Of a stretch of DNA of 64,000 nucleotides, positions 39,369 through 50,425 are shown in pieces; the first letter of the stretch is position 1, and every line of letters starts with the position of its first letter. Source of the DNA: Squalus acanthias (lineage: Eukaryota); the NCBI GenBank assembly GCA_030390025.1, contig JASTWF010000360.1:186001-250000 (forward strand), given 5' to 3'. Below the pieces are notes generated by a model, which did not search any database, was not told the DNA's origin, and was given only the letters and a program-made list of their open reading frames with translations. Made by a program: the position numbers and the translations under genes.

Positions 39369-41530
39369 GGGCTGGATTTTGCCAATGGGGGGCGGGCTGG
39401 GGGCGTGTCAGGTGATTGGCGGTTCCCGACCCCGCCTCCGATGTGATTCGTGACAATTGGCCGATTTTCCCCGAATTGAGCACTTGATTTCCAGCCTGTG
39501 GGAACCCCTGGCCCAATGAGCCTTTTCATACTGAAACTCGCCTCCGATGACGTCATCTATGCAGCTGGATTTAAGGCCTGCAAGCAGCCTTGCTTCTTTT
39601 TCAGCCTTACAACTTTATGACCATTCTTCTGAGGGATTCCTTCTGCAAGTATGTTCAGCACCAGACCAAAGTGTGCACCCAGATTCGATGAGGCCTCCCT
39701 CCAAGCTCTGGTGGAAGGAGCAAGAGCAAATAAGGAGGTGCTCTTTCCTTCCTCAGGGAGGAAAAAGCCTCCACAACAGACTAAAGCTGTGTGGCTGCAA
39801 GTGGCACAGGAGCTCAATGCTATTTCTATGTGCAGTAGAACCTGGCTGCAGTGCAGAAAGAGGTTTCATGACCTTCTCCGCACAGGAAAAGTGAGTATTA
39901 CATTCCCATCACCCTCAATCTGATCCCCATCGCCTCTCATCACCAGCACTCTGCTTTGTCAACCTCCTCCTCCACATCCCACTTCACCCTTACACCCCTG
40001 CACCCTTACCCATTCCCTCTCTCTCTATGGTCACTTAACTATTCGACTATGCAGCCCTCACACTCCCTATCACTGTGATGCAATGACAACAACTTACAAC
40101 ACACAGGGAGGGCCCTTGGTCTTGGCACCTCACTCCATCTTTGTCTCCTAAGCATCTAGGCTATGGATTCTCTACACTCGCTCCTTCATTCTCACCCAAA
40201 CTCCACTTGTGTCACTCATTGCAGGAAAAGAGTGTCCACAATAAGAGGGAAAGGGCGAGGACAGGAGGAGGGCCACCCTCAATAGCCCAGCTCACCAATG
40301 CAGAGGAGGCGGTCCTGGAGATTGTGGGAGTGGAGGAGGATGCGTAAGTGGGGGACGGACAGACGGGCGCATCACAGCAAGCTGGTGACAGAATAGTTTT
40401 TCATCTCTCTCATTGACATTGCATGAGTGACTGATAATGATTCTGATGCTCTAACAGATTGACTTATGATCATCTGCACAATTCAATGTGCATGCAACCT
40501 TTATCTCACATCTCTAACTCTTTCCTTTACTCCCCCACAGGACCATCGACAGCCCCCGTCCCCACTGTCCAGGAGGAAGAGCATGAGCCACCAGACTCCT
40601 CAGAGGAAGCTGCAACCTCTGAGGGCGCAGCGTCAGCAGAATTCAGCACACCCAGCACCAGCGCAGACACTCACACCTCGGTGGGACCTTCGCGAGATAG
40701 AGTAGTGTTGTCACCTGGTGTATCACAGCTCACAAGTGAACATCAGCAGATGGTGGAGACAGGGACAGCAGTGGAGAGTCCTCGATGGAGGCCGCAGGAC
40801 TCTCCCAGCTCGGCTCCGCTGCATGTCGACCCTGTGCCTCCGGGTCCATCCAGAAGGAGAGCGGTGCTGGAACTCCAGGAACAGCTGCAGGAGTCTCTGG
40901 CAGGTTTCGTCTCCAGGGTCGCTGCGAGTGTGGAGCGAATGGAGGAGTCCATCGCGAACATGAGCAGAGCCTTTGTGGAGGCATTGGCGCATGAACGCAT
41001 CGCCACGGAAAGGATGGCAACCTCCGTGGAAAGGATGGGTTGAGGAAGCGCTCAGTCAAGGTGGGGAGAGGGGTTTCCCAGGAGGTCACACTGGAGATGG
41101 GTGTCAGGCTCCAAACTTCCACAACAATGAGTAGGCCTGCTAAAAGTTCCCCCAGACCTGAGACAACAAAGTTCTGCCACCTGCAAATGATCATTGGTGA
41201 AAACTCCTTTTCAATGGTGGAGCTGCAGCTGTTAGTAAGCAATCCACTTGTGAGGCCGCCAAGATTAACTGGCGTGTTCCAGAGGAGACGTGCAGCACGG
41301 GGGAAATGTGTTAAATTCAGAAAGGCCTCTCAAAATGGGATTATAGAGGCAATTAACTGGTTCTTAAGGGCCTATCCCACCTCTTGGAGGCGGGATGGAA
41401 ACGGGGTCTGAAACCACGAATGTGGGAAAATTGCACAGATGCGGGATCGGATCCGCCCGCCATTTTTTTGCAATTTTAACACCTCACACGCCTCCAAACC
41501 CGCCTCCTCGGGCCTGGCAAAATCGAGCCC
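39369..41530 (+). mobile_element. Non-autonomous PIF/Harbinger element retaining its Myb/SANT gene
   Basis: 16-bp TIRs GGGCTGGATTTTGCCA / TGGCAAAATCGAGCCC (15/16); no transposase DDE core seen; TSD not evident. Confidence 0.88.
39651..41043 (+). pseudogene. Three-exon Myb/SANT-like (NAIF1/MSANTD-type) Harbinger protein
   Basis: Exons 39651-39890, 40225-40384 and 40541-41043 with GT-AG borders and matching phases; RF..L..LV, W..VA, QCRKRFHDL, RARTGGGPP; premature TAA at 40345-40347. Confidence 0.82.
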
Positions 41531-41584
41531 AAAGAGTCTGAAAACGTTCTGGGCCTACGGGGACAGAGAACCGCCTACAATAAT

Positions 41585-42293
41585 GGCCTGGATTTTGTGG
41601 CCAGCGGTGAAGGAATGGCGTTTCCCATTCATTACGCCTGCAGCTGCCCACAGGCTTTTCGTGGGCGTTTGAGGGACAACTCCTGGTAATTAGAGAACCA
41701 TTTCAGCACGGCGCCCTCTACAGGGGATCTGTGGCCTGTGTGAGCCGGGCAAGCAAGAGCGCGTCTCCTCAACCAATCGGATTGAAGAATCCTCTCTGAG
41801 ACAAGGAAGTGCAAACCAGGAAGTGTAAATCAGATTTATTTCATTGTAAGCTCATGTACAGAAGGTGGAAGGGAAAGAAAGGTGGGATTGAGAGAGACAG
41901 AGATAAAAGAGACAGAAAGAACAAGTCAAAAGAAAAATATTTTAATTTTTATTGTTTTTTAAATCTCCAGCAATAACTAAATTCCGAAGGAATGAGACTC
42001 CACACTTGTAAAATTAACATTTCAGTGCCAGAGCGGTTGTGCGGCAGTAATCGTGACTGATCACGGCGTTAAAAATTCACTTGCTCCTGAATGCACCAGC
42101 CCTAACTTTTCCTGCTGATTAAAGTACGGTCGGCGAGCTACCGGTGTAGCGAAGCTTGTGTCGGAGAAGCAACCTCCAGACCGCCACGTTTTACTGCGAT
42201 TTTACAGACTCCGGGGAGTGGCTGTACGATCAACACCATAACAACGGTGAGCGCTGATAGCCTCACTCTTAATCTCGAGTCAAAATCCGGGCT
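41585..42293. mobile_element. MITE, Harbinger-like
   Basis: TIRs GGCCTGGATTTTG / CAAAATCCGGGCT; 3-bp TSD AAT. Confidence 0.82.
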
Positions 42294-42529
42294 AATGGCA
42301 GCACTGCCGTCTCACTCCCCCCTCTTTGGCAAAGACAGCAACATGCGCCAGCGTAAGATCCCCCCACCCCCACCCTTGTCAGACAGTAGCCGCATCCTTG
42401 GCACTGATTTCTGGTGAATAAAGCAAACCAGAGTGCCTTTCTTTATTGGAACACTGCTGCGAGCAACGCCCCGGAGAAAAGTCGTCAGGAACGTGAAACA
42501 AAAATGAACGTTCTCTTCATTTTTCAAAA

Positions 42530-43325
42530 CTTCGTTTATGGGATGTGGGCGTTGCTGCCAAGGCCAGCATTTATTGCCCATCCCTAATTGCCCTTGAGAA
42601 GGTGGGTGGTGAGCCGCCTACTTGAACCGCTGCAGTCCGTGTGGTGAAGGTGCTCCCACAGTGCTGTTAGGGAGGGAGTTCCAGGATTTTGACCCAGCGA
42701 CGATGAAGGATCGGCCGATATACTTCTAAGTCAGGATGATGTGTGACTTGGAGGGGAACTTGGAGGTGGTGGTGTTCCCATGCGCCTGCTGCCCTTGTCC
42801 TTCTAGGTGGAAGAGGTCGCGGGTTTGGGAGGTGCTGCCGAAGAAGCCTTGGCGAGTTGCTGCAGTGCATCTTGTAGATGGTACACACTGCAGCCACGGT
42901 ATGCCGGTGGTGGAGGGAGTGAATGTTTAAGGTGGTGGACGGGGTGCCAATCAAGCGGGCTGCTTTGTCCTGGATGGTGTCGAGCTTCTTGAGTGTTGTT
43001 GGAGCTGCACTCATCCAGGCAAGTGGAGAGTATTCCATCACACTCCTTACTTGTGTCTTGTAGATGATGGAAAGGCTTTGGGGAGTCAGGAGGTGAGACA
43101 CTCGCCACAGAATACCTAGCCTCTGACCTGCCCTTGTTGCCACAGTATTTATGTGGCTGGTCCAGTTAAGTTTCTGGTCAATGGTGACCCCCAGGATGTT
43201 GATGGTGGGGGATTCGGCGATGGTAATGCCGTTGAATGTCAAGGGGAGGTGGTTAGACTCTCGCTTGTTGGGGATTGTCATTGCCTGGCACTTGTGTGGC
43301 GCCAATGTTAACCGCCACTTATAAG
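42530..43325 (-). mobile_element. Second LINE family, 3' portion
   Basis: ORF 42667-43353 with ILGVTIDQKLNWTSH and VRSVMEYS. Confidence 0.9.
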
Positions 43326-43599
43326 CCCTTGAACACTTTTGTTTACTGGTCATGAAAAATGCTGGAGGTGGGGATAAAAGGGCTGTTTGACTGACAGCCA
43401 GGAATAATCCATTGGGTAACGAAGAGTCTGTTCACTTTCTGATTGGCCATGGGACGCCGTGAGGATGGGTGTTTCGGTAGACCAATGGCGGGAGTGTGGA
43501 GTGGGGGAGGCGTTGGTGGTTGGAGGCGGGAGGTCAGGTGATTAAACCTCCTGGGACAGGTCCAGCCAGATTTGGCAACCACCGCTGCAGACGATACAC

Positions 43600-43896
43600 A
43601 AGTCATAGAGTCATAACGGCACAGAAGGAGGCCATTCAGCCCATCGAGTCCACGCCGGCTCTCTGTGGAGCAATCCAGTCAGTCCCATTCCCCCCGTTCT
43701 ATCCCTGTAGCCCTGCAAGATTATTTCCCTCAACTGCCTATCCAGTCTCCCCTTTAAAAACACCGAGTGTCTCCGCTTCCACCACTTCCGTCGGCAGCGA
43801 GTTCCAGGTCCTCACCACTCGCTGCGTAAAAAAGTTTTTCCTCACATCACCCCTATATCTCTTGCCCAAAATCTTAAATCTGTGTCCCCTAGTCCT
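43600..43896 (-). mobile_element. CR1 3' end truncated by an LTR
   Basis: [10 protein letters not shown]...WNSLP. Confidence 0.88.
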
Positions 43897-44703
43897 TGTT
43901 GTACGTTTTTTATTTCGACTGGCATTAAATTGACAGCAAGACCAATTCTTTTGAAACAATCTGGAATAAGTTTATTCAGCACACAAACTCATGCAAGTTT
44001 ATTAAACTCACACACTCATGCACATCAAAACAATAGCCTACTGGTATCCTCTGACTCTACACGATTACAACTCGTAAGGTAATGGGTTAGATTTACACAA
44101 ACTAGTACTTCCCTGAGTTAGGCAATGCACGCGGCCTTTTTCCTTGCTTCTTGGTCTGGTCTGTAGACTTTACCTGACGAAGGAGCAGCGCTTCGAAAGC
44201 TCGTGATTTCAAATAAAACTGTTGGACTATAACCTGGTGTTGTGCGACTTCTCATTTTGGTCTGTAGAGGGAGAGCTTCTTGTTCTTCCTCGTGGTCATC
44301 GAGAGAAAGAGAGAGAGAGCCTTTGGTTCCTTGTTTTTATATCCTTTTAAAGTCCATTGTCTTCTAGTTTAAATTCTTAAGACGCCACGTTTGGGTCTTA
44401 GATTCTGGCCGTTTTTGATTGGCTTTCCTTTGAACATGTGTCTGTCTGCAGTGGCTGGTGCCATTTCTTGCTTAAGTTAATTGTTTGTTGACACCTTTTA
44501 ATGGCTCTTGAATTTCGATGGTGAGTTTCAACGGTGTCTCTGTGCGGGGGGGGGGGGGGGGTTATCTGTTATGCAGGTTTCCTTTGTTAAGTTTCGCGCT
44601 GTTGCCTTACCCAGGGGAGATCTATACACAAATTTATCTTTATCTTATCTATTAATAGTCTCGAGTCCATCACACATACAAAACACATATTTTTCTTCTG
44701 ACA
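43897..44703 (-). repeat. 3' LTR of a second, unrelated LTR element, with a mini Penelope insert at about 44168-44257
   Basis: On minus: purine-rich AAGGCGGGGAA, then TGTCAG...CAACA; TATAAAA near 44340; AATAAA at 43971-43976. Confidence 0.72.
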
Positions 44704-44751
44704 GATTCCCCGCCTTGAGGGGGAAATATCTTTATTGACCCTTCATTTGGT

Positions 44752-45660
44752 TTATCTCCTCAGGGCTCGCATATGCTGGTTGAGTTTCCTAAGGAGTTTT
44801 CTCAGGTAGCAGATCATGATGATCCCCACCACTACAATTATGGCTTGTGCCAGTATCATAAGCATTGAGAGGGTTCTGAGCCAGGGCTGTTGTCCTACAT
44901 TGGGCCAAAAATTCATCCCGGTGCGCGAGAGTACGCAGTGCGCTGAAAACCGGCAATTGGTCTTTTGAAAAGGGGGCGGTTCCTCGGTGCATCGCGTGCG
45001 CGCTACAGGCTGCGCGCACGCTGTGCACTTCATGCTTTGGACGCGCAGGTAAGTACGGAAGATTTTAGAAATGGAAAAAGGAGGAGTAAGAACCACTTTT
45101 AACAAGGTAAGTAGTGAATTAAGTATTTTTTTGAATTTTTTTTAACAGGTATATCTTTTTTAGAGACTTTAAAGACAGGTAAGTTTATTTTTATAACTTT
45201 TTAAAAGATTTTAAATTTTTTCAAAAATTTAATTTTTTATTTAAAATGGTTAATTTATTTAACTATACTTATTTTATTAATGTGATGGTTTTTTTTTTTA
45301 ATTTAATTGAGGTTTAGCTGTTATTTTGGGGGGGTGTAAGATTCATAGATTTCACAGCACGTATGTGAAACTTATGAATGGAAGATGGTGTGCTGCCATT
45401 GGCTCTAACTGAGTCACGTGATCCCACAGCTCGCACGAATTCACTACGCCGGTGGGATACGCAAGCACTGCCCAGCTGATGTCTGGAACATCAAGTTCGT
45501 GCGAGCTGGATCTGAAAAAGCACAAGCGGAGTGAGAGATCGCGGGGAAGCCTTACCCCCGCGGGAACAGAGCGAGATCAATTTCTGGGCCATTATACATT
45601 GTTTCCCACCATGGGCTGGCTCCTAGCTTTTGTATAGCTCTGCTGTTTATGGCATTAAAG
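44752..45660 (-). pseudogene. env: C-terminal envelope-like fragment split by a MITE
   Basis: Removing the MITE restores FNAINSRAIQKLGASPWWETMYNVGQQPWLRTLSMLMILAQAIIVVVGIIMICYLRKLLRK...stop, followed by PPT and LTR. Confidence 0.68.
44902..45590. mobile_element. MITE, Harbinger-like
   Basis: TIRs GGGCCAAAAATT / AATTTCTGGGCC; 3-bp TSD ATT. Confidence 0.82.
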
Positions 45661-46795
45661 TGAGAAGTCGCACAACACCAGGTTATAGTCCAACAGTTTT
45701 ATTTGAAATCACAAGCTTTCGGAGCTGCTGCCCCTTCGTCAGGTGAAGTGAAGGAATACGAATCGGCAAAGCATATATAGACAGAGAACAATGCCTGTGT
45801 AGCGTACAATCTCAGACGACTACAGTTAATCTTTCTGACTGCCTTTCATCACACCTCGGCAGAGAAACAATCAGGTCAGCCAGGAAGGTACCACATCGAA
45901 GACAAAGCAAGATACAACTGAGACAATGAGGTGGGGTCACAGGGGGTCTAATGTGTCAAATGCTGCAGTCTGTATGGAAAACCATAAACTTTAAAATTTT
46001 TACTTTTTTTTACTGGAAATCACATCTGTGAACAAGCCAACGACGACTCGAGTCTGGATGACTCTACGTCATGTAGAGTGACAGGAACCCAAGATCCCGG
46101 TTGAGGCCGTCCTCATGGGTGCGGAACTTGGCTATCAGTTTTTGCTCGATGATTTTGCGTTGTCGTGTGTCTCGAAGGCCGCCTTGGAGAACGCTTACAC
46201 GCAGATCGGAGGCTGAATGTCCTTGACTGCTGAAGTGTTCCCCGACTGGGAGGTAACACTCCTGCCTGGCGATTGTTGCACGGTGTCCGTTCATACGTTG
46301 TCTCAGTGTCTGCATGGTCTCGCCAATGTACCATGCTCCGGTGCATCCTTTCCTGCAACGTATGAGGTAGACAACGTTGGCTGAGTCACATGAGTATGTA
46401 CCATGTACCTGGTGGGTAGTGTCCTCACGTGTGATGATGGTATCTGTGTTGATGATCTGGCATGTCTTGCAGAGGTTGCCGTGGCAGGGTTGTGTGGTGT
46501 CGTGGTCGCTGTTATCCTGAAAGCTGAGTAATTTGCTGCCAACGATGGTACTTTTGAGGTTAGGCGGCTGTTTGAAGGCGAGTAGTGGAGGCGTGGGGAT
46601 GGCCTTAGCGAGGTGTTTGTCATCATCGATGACATGTTGAAGGCTGCGAAGAACATGGCGTAGTTTCTCCACTCCGGGGAAGTACTGGACGACGTAGGGT
46701 ACCCTGTTGGTTGTGTCCCATGTTCGCCTTCTGAGGAGGTCTATGCGATTTTTCGCTGTGGCCCGTCGGAACTGTCGATCGATGAGTCGAGCGTC
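45661..46795 (-). mobile_element. Penelope 3' fragment
   Basis: VVYLIRC...WYIGET; hammerhead at 45709-45746; AATAAA at 45698-45703. Confidence 0.93.
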
Positions 46796-47512
46796 AAGGG
46801 GAACTGAGGGGTGGGGTTTACAGTGGGGGGGCAAGGGTAACTGAGGGGTGGGGTTTACAGTGGGAGGGGCAAGGGTAACAGAGGGGTGGGGTTTACAGTG
46901 GGAGGGGCAAGGGGAACTGAGGGGTGGGGTTTACAGTGGGAGGAGCAAAGGTAACTTAGGGGTGGGGTTTACAGTGGGAGGAGCAAAGGTAACTTAGGGG
47001 TGGGATTTAGAGTGGGAGGAGCAAAGGTAACTGGGGCGGGGTTTACAGTGGGCGGGGCAAGGGGAACTGTGGGGCAGGGTTTACAGTGGGAGGGGCAAGG
47101 GGAACTGAGGGGCGGGGTTTACAGTGGGAGGAGCAAGGGTAATTGAGGGGTGGGGTTTACAGTGGGCGGGGCAAGGGGAACTGAGGGGCGGGGTTTACAG
47201 TGGGAGGGTCAAGGGTAACTGAGTGACGGGGTTTACAGTGGGAGGGTCAAGGGTAACTGAGGGGCAGGGTTAACAGTGGGAGGGGCAAGGGGAACTGAGG
47301 GGCGGGGTTTACAGTGGGAGGGGCAAGGGTAACTGAGGGGTGGGGTTTACAGTGGGAGAGTCAAGGGTAACTGAGTGACGGGGTTTACAGTGGGAGGGTC
47401 AAGGGTAACTGAGGGGCAGGGTTAACAGTGGGAGGGGCAAGGGTAATTGTGAGGGGCCGGGTTAACAGTGGGAGGGGCAAGGGTAACTGTGAGGGGCGGG
47501 GTTAACAGTGGG
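46796..47512 (+). repeat. 38-bp G-rich minisatellite, about 19 copies
   Basis: Unit GGGTAACTGAGGGGTGGGGTTTACAGTGGGAGGGGCAA. Confidence 0.95.
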
Positions 47513-47631
47513 CAGATGGCCAGGAGCACATTGGAATAGTTGAGTCTGGAGGCAAGAGAGGCATGGATGAAACAAGGGTGAGAATTTTAAATGCGGGACA
47601 TTTAAACTCAAACTCGTTAGATTGCCTCCAT

Positions 47632-49392
47632 TTAGTCGGTGTCCATTGGAACTTGCTTCTGGTCATCGGATGGCATGTTCTGATCACCCTGGGCCTGGTT
47701 ACGATTGGTGAGGAGCGGCCAGTTAATTTGTGGATGGTGTTTCTTCATGTGGGCAGCAATGGCTTCAACAGTCGGCCCGAATTCGATCACATTGTTCTTC
47801 CTGGATCCGTTGTCATACGGGTATCCTCCAGCGTGCATCCCCACAAGCTCACCAGAGAAATTGAACACGGGGGAACCAGAAGCACCATGGAAGAAGCAAG
47901 TATTGTAGGTAATCCTGTCTGAACTTAGTATTTTACTGAAAGTGTTCTTAGTGATCAGTTGGAAGTAGCATGGAAGACTGTGAACTTCCTCCACTATTTG
48001 TTTGAGAGAGATGACGAAGCAAGTGTCGGTGGATTTGGGAACCCCATCAGGGTGACCTATAATGTAGACCACTCCATTCTGGGGCGGGGTGGTTGCCCTG
48101 GGTGACACACCTGGTGGAAGACCTGGTCCTTGGCCATCAGGGACCTCCAGTCTCAGCAGCGCATAGTCAAGATCTTGGCAGTAGACTTCGAGCCATGGAT
48201 GAACTTTGTACCAGCCACTGGTCGGATGCTCATCTTTGTAGGTGAAGCTTATCTCAGTAGACTTCTGTATTATGGCTCCCCACTCACCCTCAGGCACCCA
48301 GTCCCCTACGATCATCTTCACCACGTGGTAACATGTCAGAATGTAGTGGTCACCGAGGTGGAAGCAGGAGGCGGTGCCTTGATTCCCATTGTTGTTCCAT
48401 CTGACAAATCCAACGGACTCGCTCAATTGCACCAGCATCTCGTGGGTCCGAATGGTAACGGCATCACTCGTGATCTTCCCAAAGTTTTCCTTGAACACGT
48501 TCCATTGCCTTTGATACTTCTTAATGCCTCTTTTCTTTCCCAAATATTCATCAACCTCCTCTTTCAGCTCGCGGAGCAGCTCGTTCCCTTCTCCTGCCAC
48601 ATTCCTCTCCTCTTGGCTCTCGCTGGGGTCGGCACCGCCTGCCTTACTCCCTGCTTGATACTTCTTGCTGCTCAGTTCAACTTCAAAGCATCGGTTGTGA
48701 AGGTCATTCACGGTGAGGGTGAACTGAAGAGACTTCTGCCCTTCGAGCAGGTTCCACATATTCTCATTAATTTTGGACAAGAACCTCCCGTCCTCGCACA
48801 GAGCCTCTCGGATAGTCTCGCCATTAAAAGCAAAAATGCACGGGTCACATCCATTGCCTCGCAGTGATTTGGACTTGATAATACGTCTGGCTCCTGTGCC
48901 AAGTTTGCCAGATGATTTTCCAGTGTTACGGACGTGGAATATAACGCACTGCTTACCTGAAGAGTCGGCATTCCGATAGCATAACTCACTTTTATTTCGG
49001 AAGAATATCACTTCGAAATGGGCTTTCCGTGGCAGACATTTGCAAGGCATCCCTAGGTTGAGAGCACCCGTGAACTTTCTCTTCCAAATTAAGTGGAATT
49101 CCTTCCCCTTGTGTTTCTCCTCTTCTTCCTTGAACGCCTCGGAAGACTTCAGAACAGAAAGCAAATTTGCGTCCGGTGCCCCTCTTGCCACGTGCTCCGT
49201 GCTGTCCCCTTGGAAACTGAACGTGAACTCTTTCACTCTGTCCTCTTCACTGTGCTCTGCAGCCTTGCCCATGGTCGCCTCTGGCATTTTACCCATGTCG
49301 TTTGAGGCATTTCTGGCAGAGAGAGGTTTTCGCTTTTCGGTGTGGGCCTTTTTACCCGGCACTGGAGTGGGAGGTTGATTTGTATCTTTCTC
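47632..49392 (-). CDS. FAM111A: FAM111-family serine protease, intact large terminal exon (copy 2); start exon not located
   Basis: Acceptor CTTTCCTTTCCTCTCCAG, phase 0, reading EKDTNQPPTPVPGK...; uninterrupted frame; NLGMPCKCLP and FAFNGETIREALCEDGRF; triad motifs LTCYHV, LDYALL, FFHGASGSPV; IIGHPDG. Confidence 0.93.
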   Translation of the reverse strand, partial: EKDTNQPPTPVPGKKAHTEKRKPLSARNASNDMGKMPEATMGKAAEHSEEDRVKEFTFSFQGDSTEHVARGAPDANLLSVLKSSEAFKEEEEKHKGKEFHLIWKRKFTGALNLGMPCKCLPRKAHFEVIFFRNKSELCYRNADSSGKQCVIFHVRNTGKSSGKLGTGARRIIKSKSLRGNGCDPCIFAFNGETIREALCEDGRFLSKINENMWNLLEGQKSLQFTLTVNDLHNRCFEVELSSKKYQAGSKAGGADPSESQEERNVAGEGNELLRELKEEVDEYLGKKRGIKKYQRQWNVFKENFGKITSDAVTIRTHEMLVQLSESVGFVRWNNNGNQGTASCFHLGDHYILTCYHVVKMIVGDWVPEGEWGAIIQKSTEISFTYKDEHPTSGWYKVHPWLEVYCQDLDYALLRLEVPDGQGPGLPPGVSPRATTPPQNGVVYIIGHPDGVPKSTDTCFVISLKQIVEEVHSLPCYFQLITKNTFSKILSSDRITYNTCFFHGASGSPVFNFSGELVGMHAGGYPYDNGSRKNNVIEFGPTVEAIAAHMKKHHPQINWPLLTNRNQAQGDQNMPSDDQKQVPMDTD

Positions 49393-49436
49393 CTGGAGAG
49401 GAAAGGAAAGTCAAAATTCAGTGGAACTGAAATGGA

Positions 49437-50425
49437 ACAGGAACAGGCCATTCAGCCCCTCGAGCTTGTTACACAGGAACAGGAGCAGGCCATTCAGCAC
49501 CTCGAGCCTGTTACACAGGAACAGGAGGAGACCATTCAGCCCCTCGAGCCTGCTAAACAGGAACAGGAGGAGGCCATTCAGCCCCTTGAGCCTGTTACAC
49601 AGGAACAGGAGGAGGCCATTCAGCCCCTCGAGCCTGTTACACAGGAGCAGGCCATTCAGCCCCTCGAGCCTGTTACACAGGAACAGGAGGAGGCCATTCA
49701 GCCCCTCGAGCCTGTTACACAGGAACAGGAGCAGGCCATTCAGCCCCTCGAGCCTGTTACACAGGAACAGCAGGAGGCTCATTCAGCTCCTCGAGCCTGT
49801 TACACAGGAACAGGAGGAGGCCATTCAGCCCCTCGAGCCTGTTACACAGGAACAGGAGGAGGCCATTCAGCCCCTCGAGCTTGTTACACAGGAGCAGGCC
49901 ATTCAGCCCCTCGAGCCTGTTACACAGGAACAGGAGGAGGCCATTCAGCCCCTCGAGCCTGTTACATAGGAACAGGAGGAGGCCATTCAGCCCCTCGAGC
50001 CTGTTACACAGGAACAGGAGCAGGCCATTCAGCCCCTCGAGCCTGTTACACAGGAACAGGAGGAGGCCATTCAGCCCCTCGAGCCTGTTACACAGGAACA
50101 GGAGGAGGCCATTCAGCCCCTCGAGCCTGTTACACAGGAACAGGAGGAGGCCATTCAGCCCCTCAAGCCTGTTACACAGGAACAGGAGCAGGCCATTCAG
50201 CCCCTCGAGCCTGTTACACAGGAACAGGAGGAGGCCATTCAGCCCCTCGAGCCTGTTACACAGGAAGAGTAGGAGGCCATTCAGCCCCTCAAGCCTGTTA
50301 CACAGGAACAGGACCAGGCCATTCAGCCCCTCAAGCCTGTTACACAGTAACAGGAGCAGGCCATTCAGCCCCTCGAGTCTGTTACACAGGAACAGGAGGA
50401 GGCCATTCAACCCCTTGAGCTTGTT
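49437..50425 (+). repeat. 42-bp minisatellite (36-bp variants), about 24 copies, from a CR1 3' UTR
   Basis: Unit CAGGAACAGGAGGAGGCCATTCAGCCCCTCGAGCCTGTTACA; continues into antisense CR1 sequence to about 50720. Confidence 0.96.

Noticed and set aside
39651..41043. Host NAIF1/MSANTD gene
   Set aside because: Bounded by TIRs, multicopy in the window and carries a premature stop.
49360..49362. GTG start for FAM111 copy 2 given by the ORF track
   Set aside because: A strong in-frame splice acceptor lies 30 nt upstream, so this is an internal codon.
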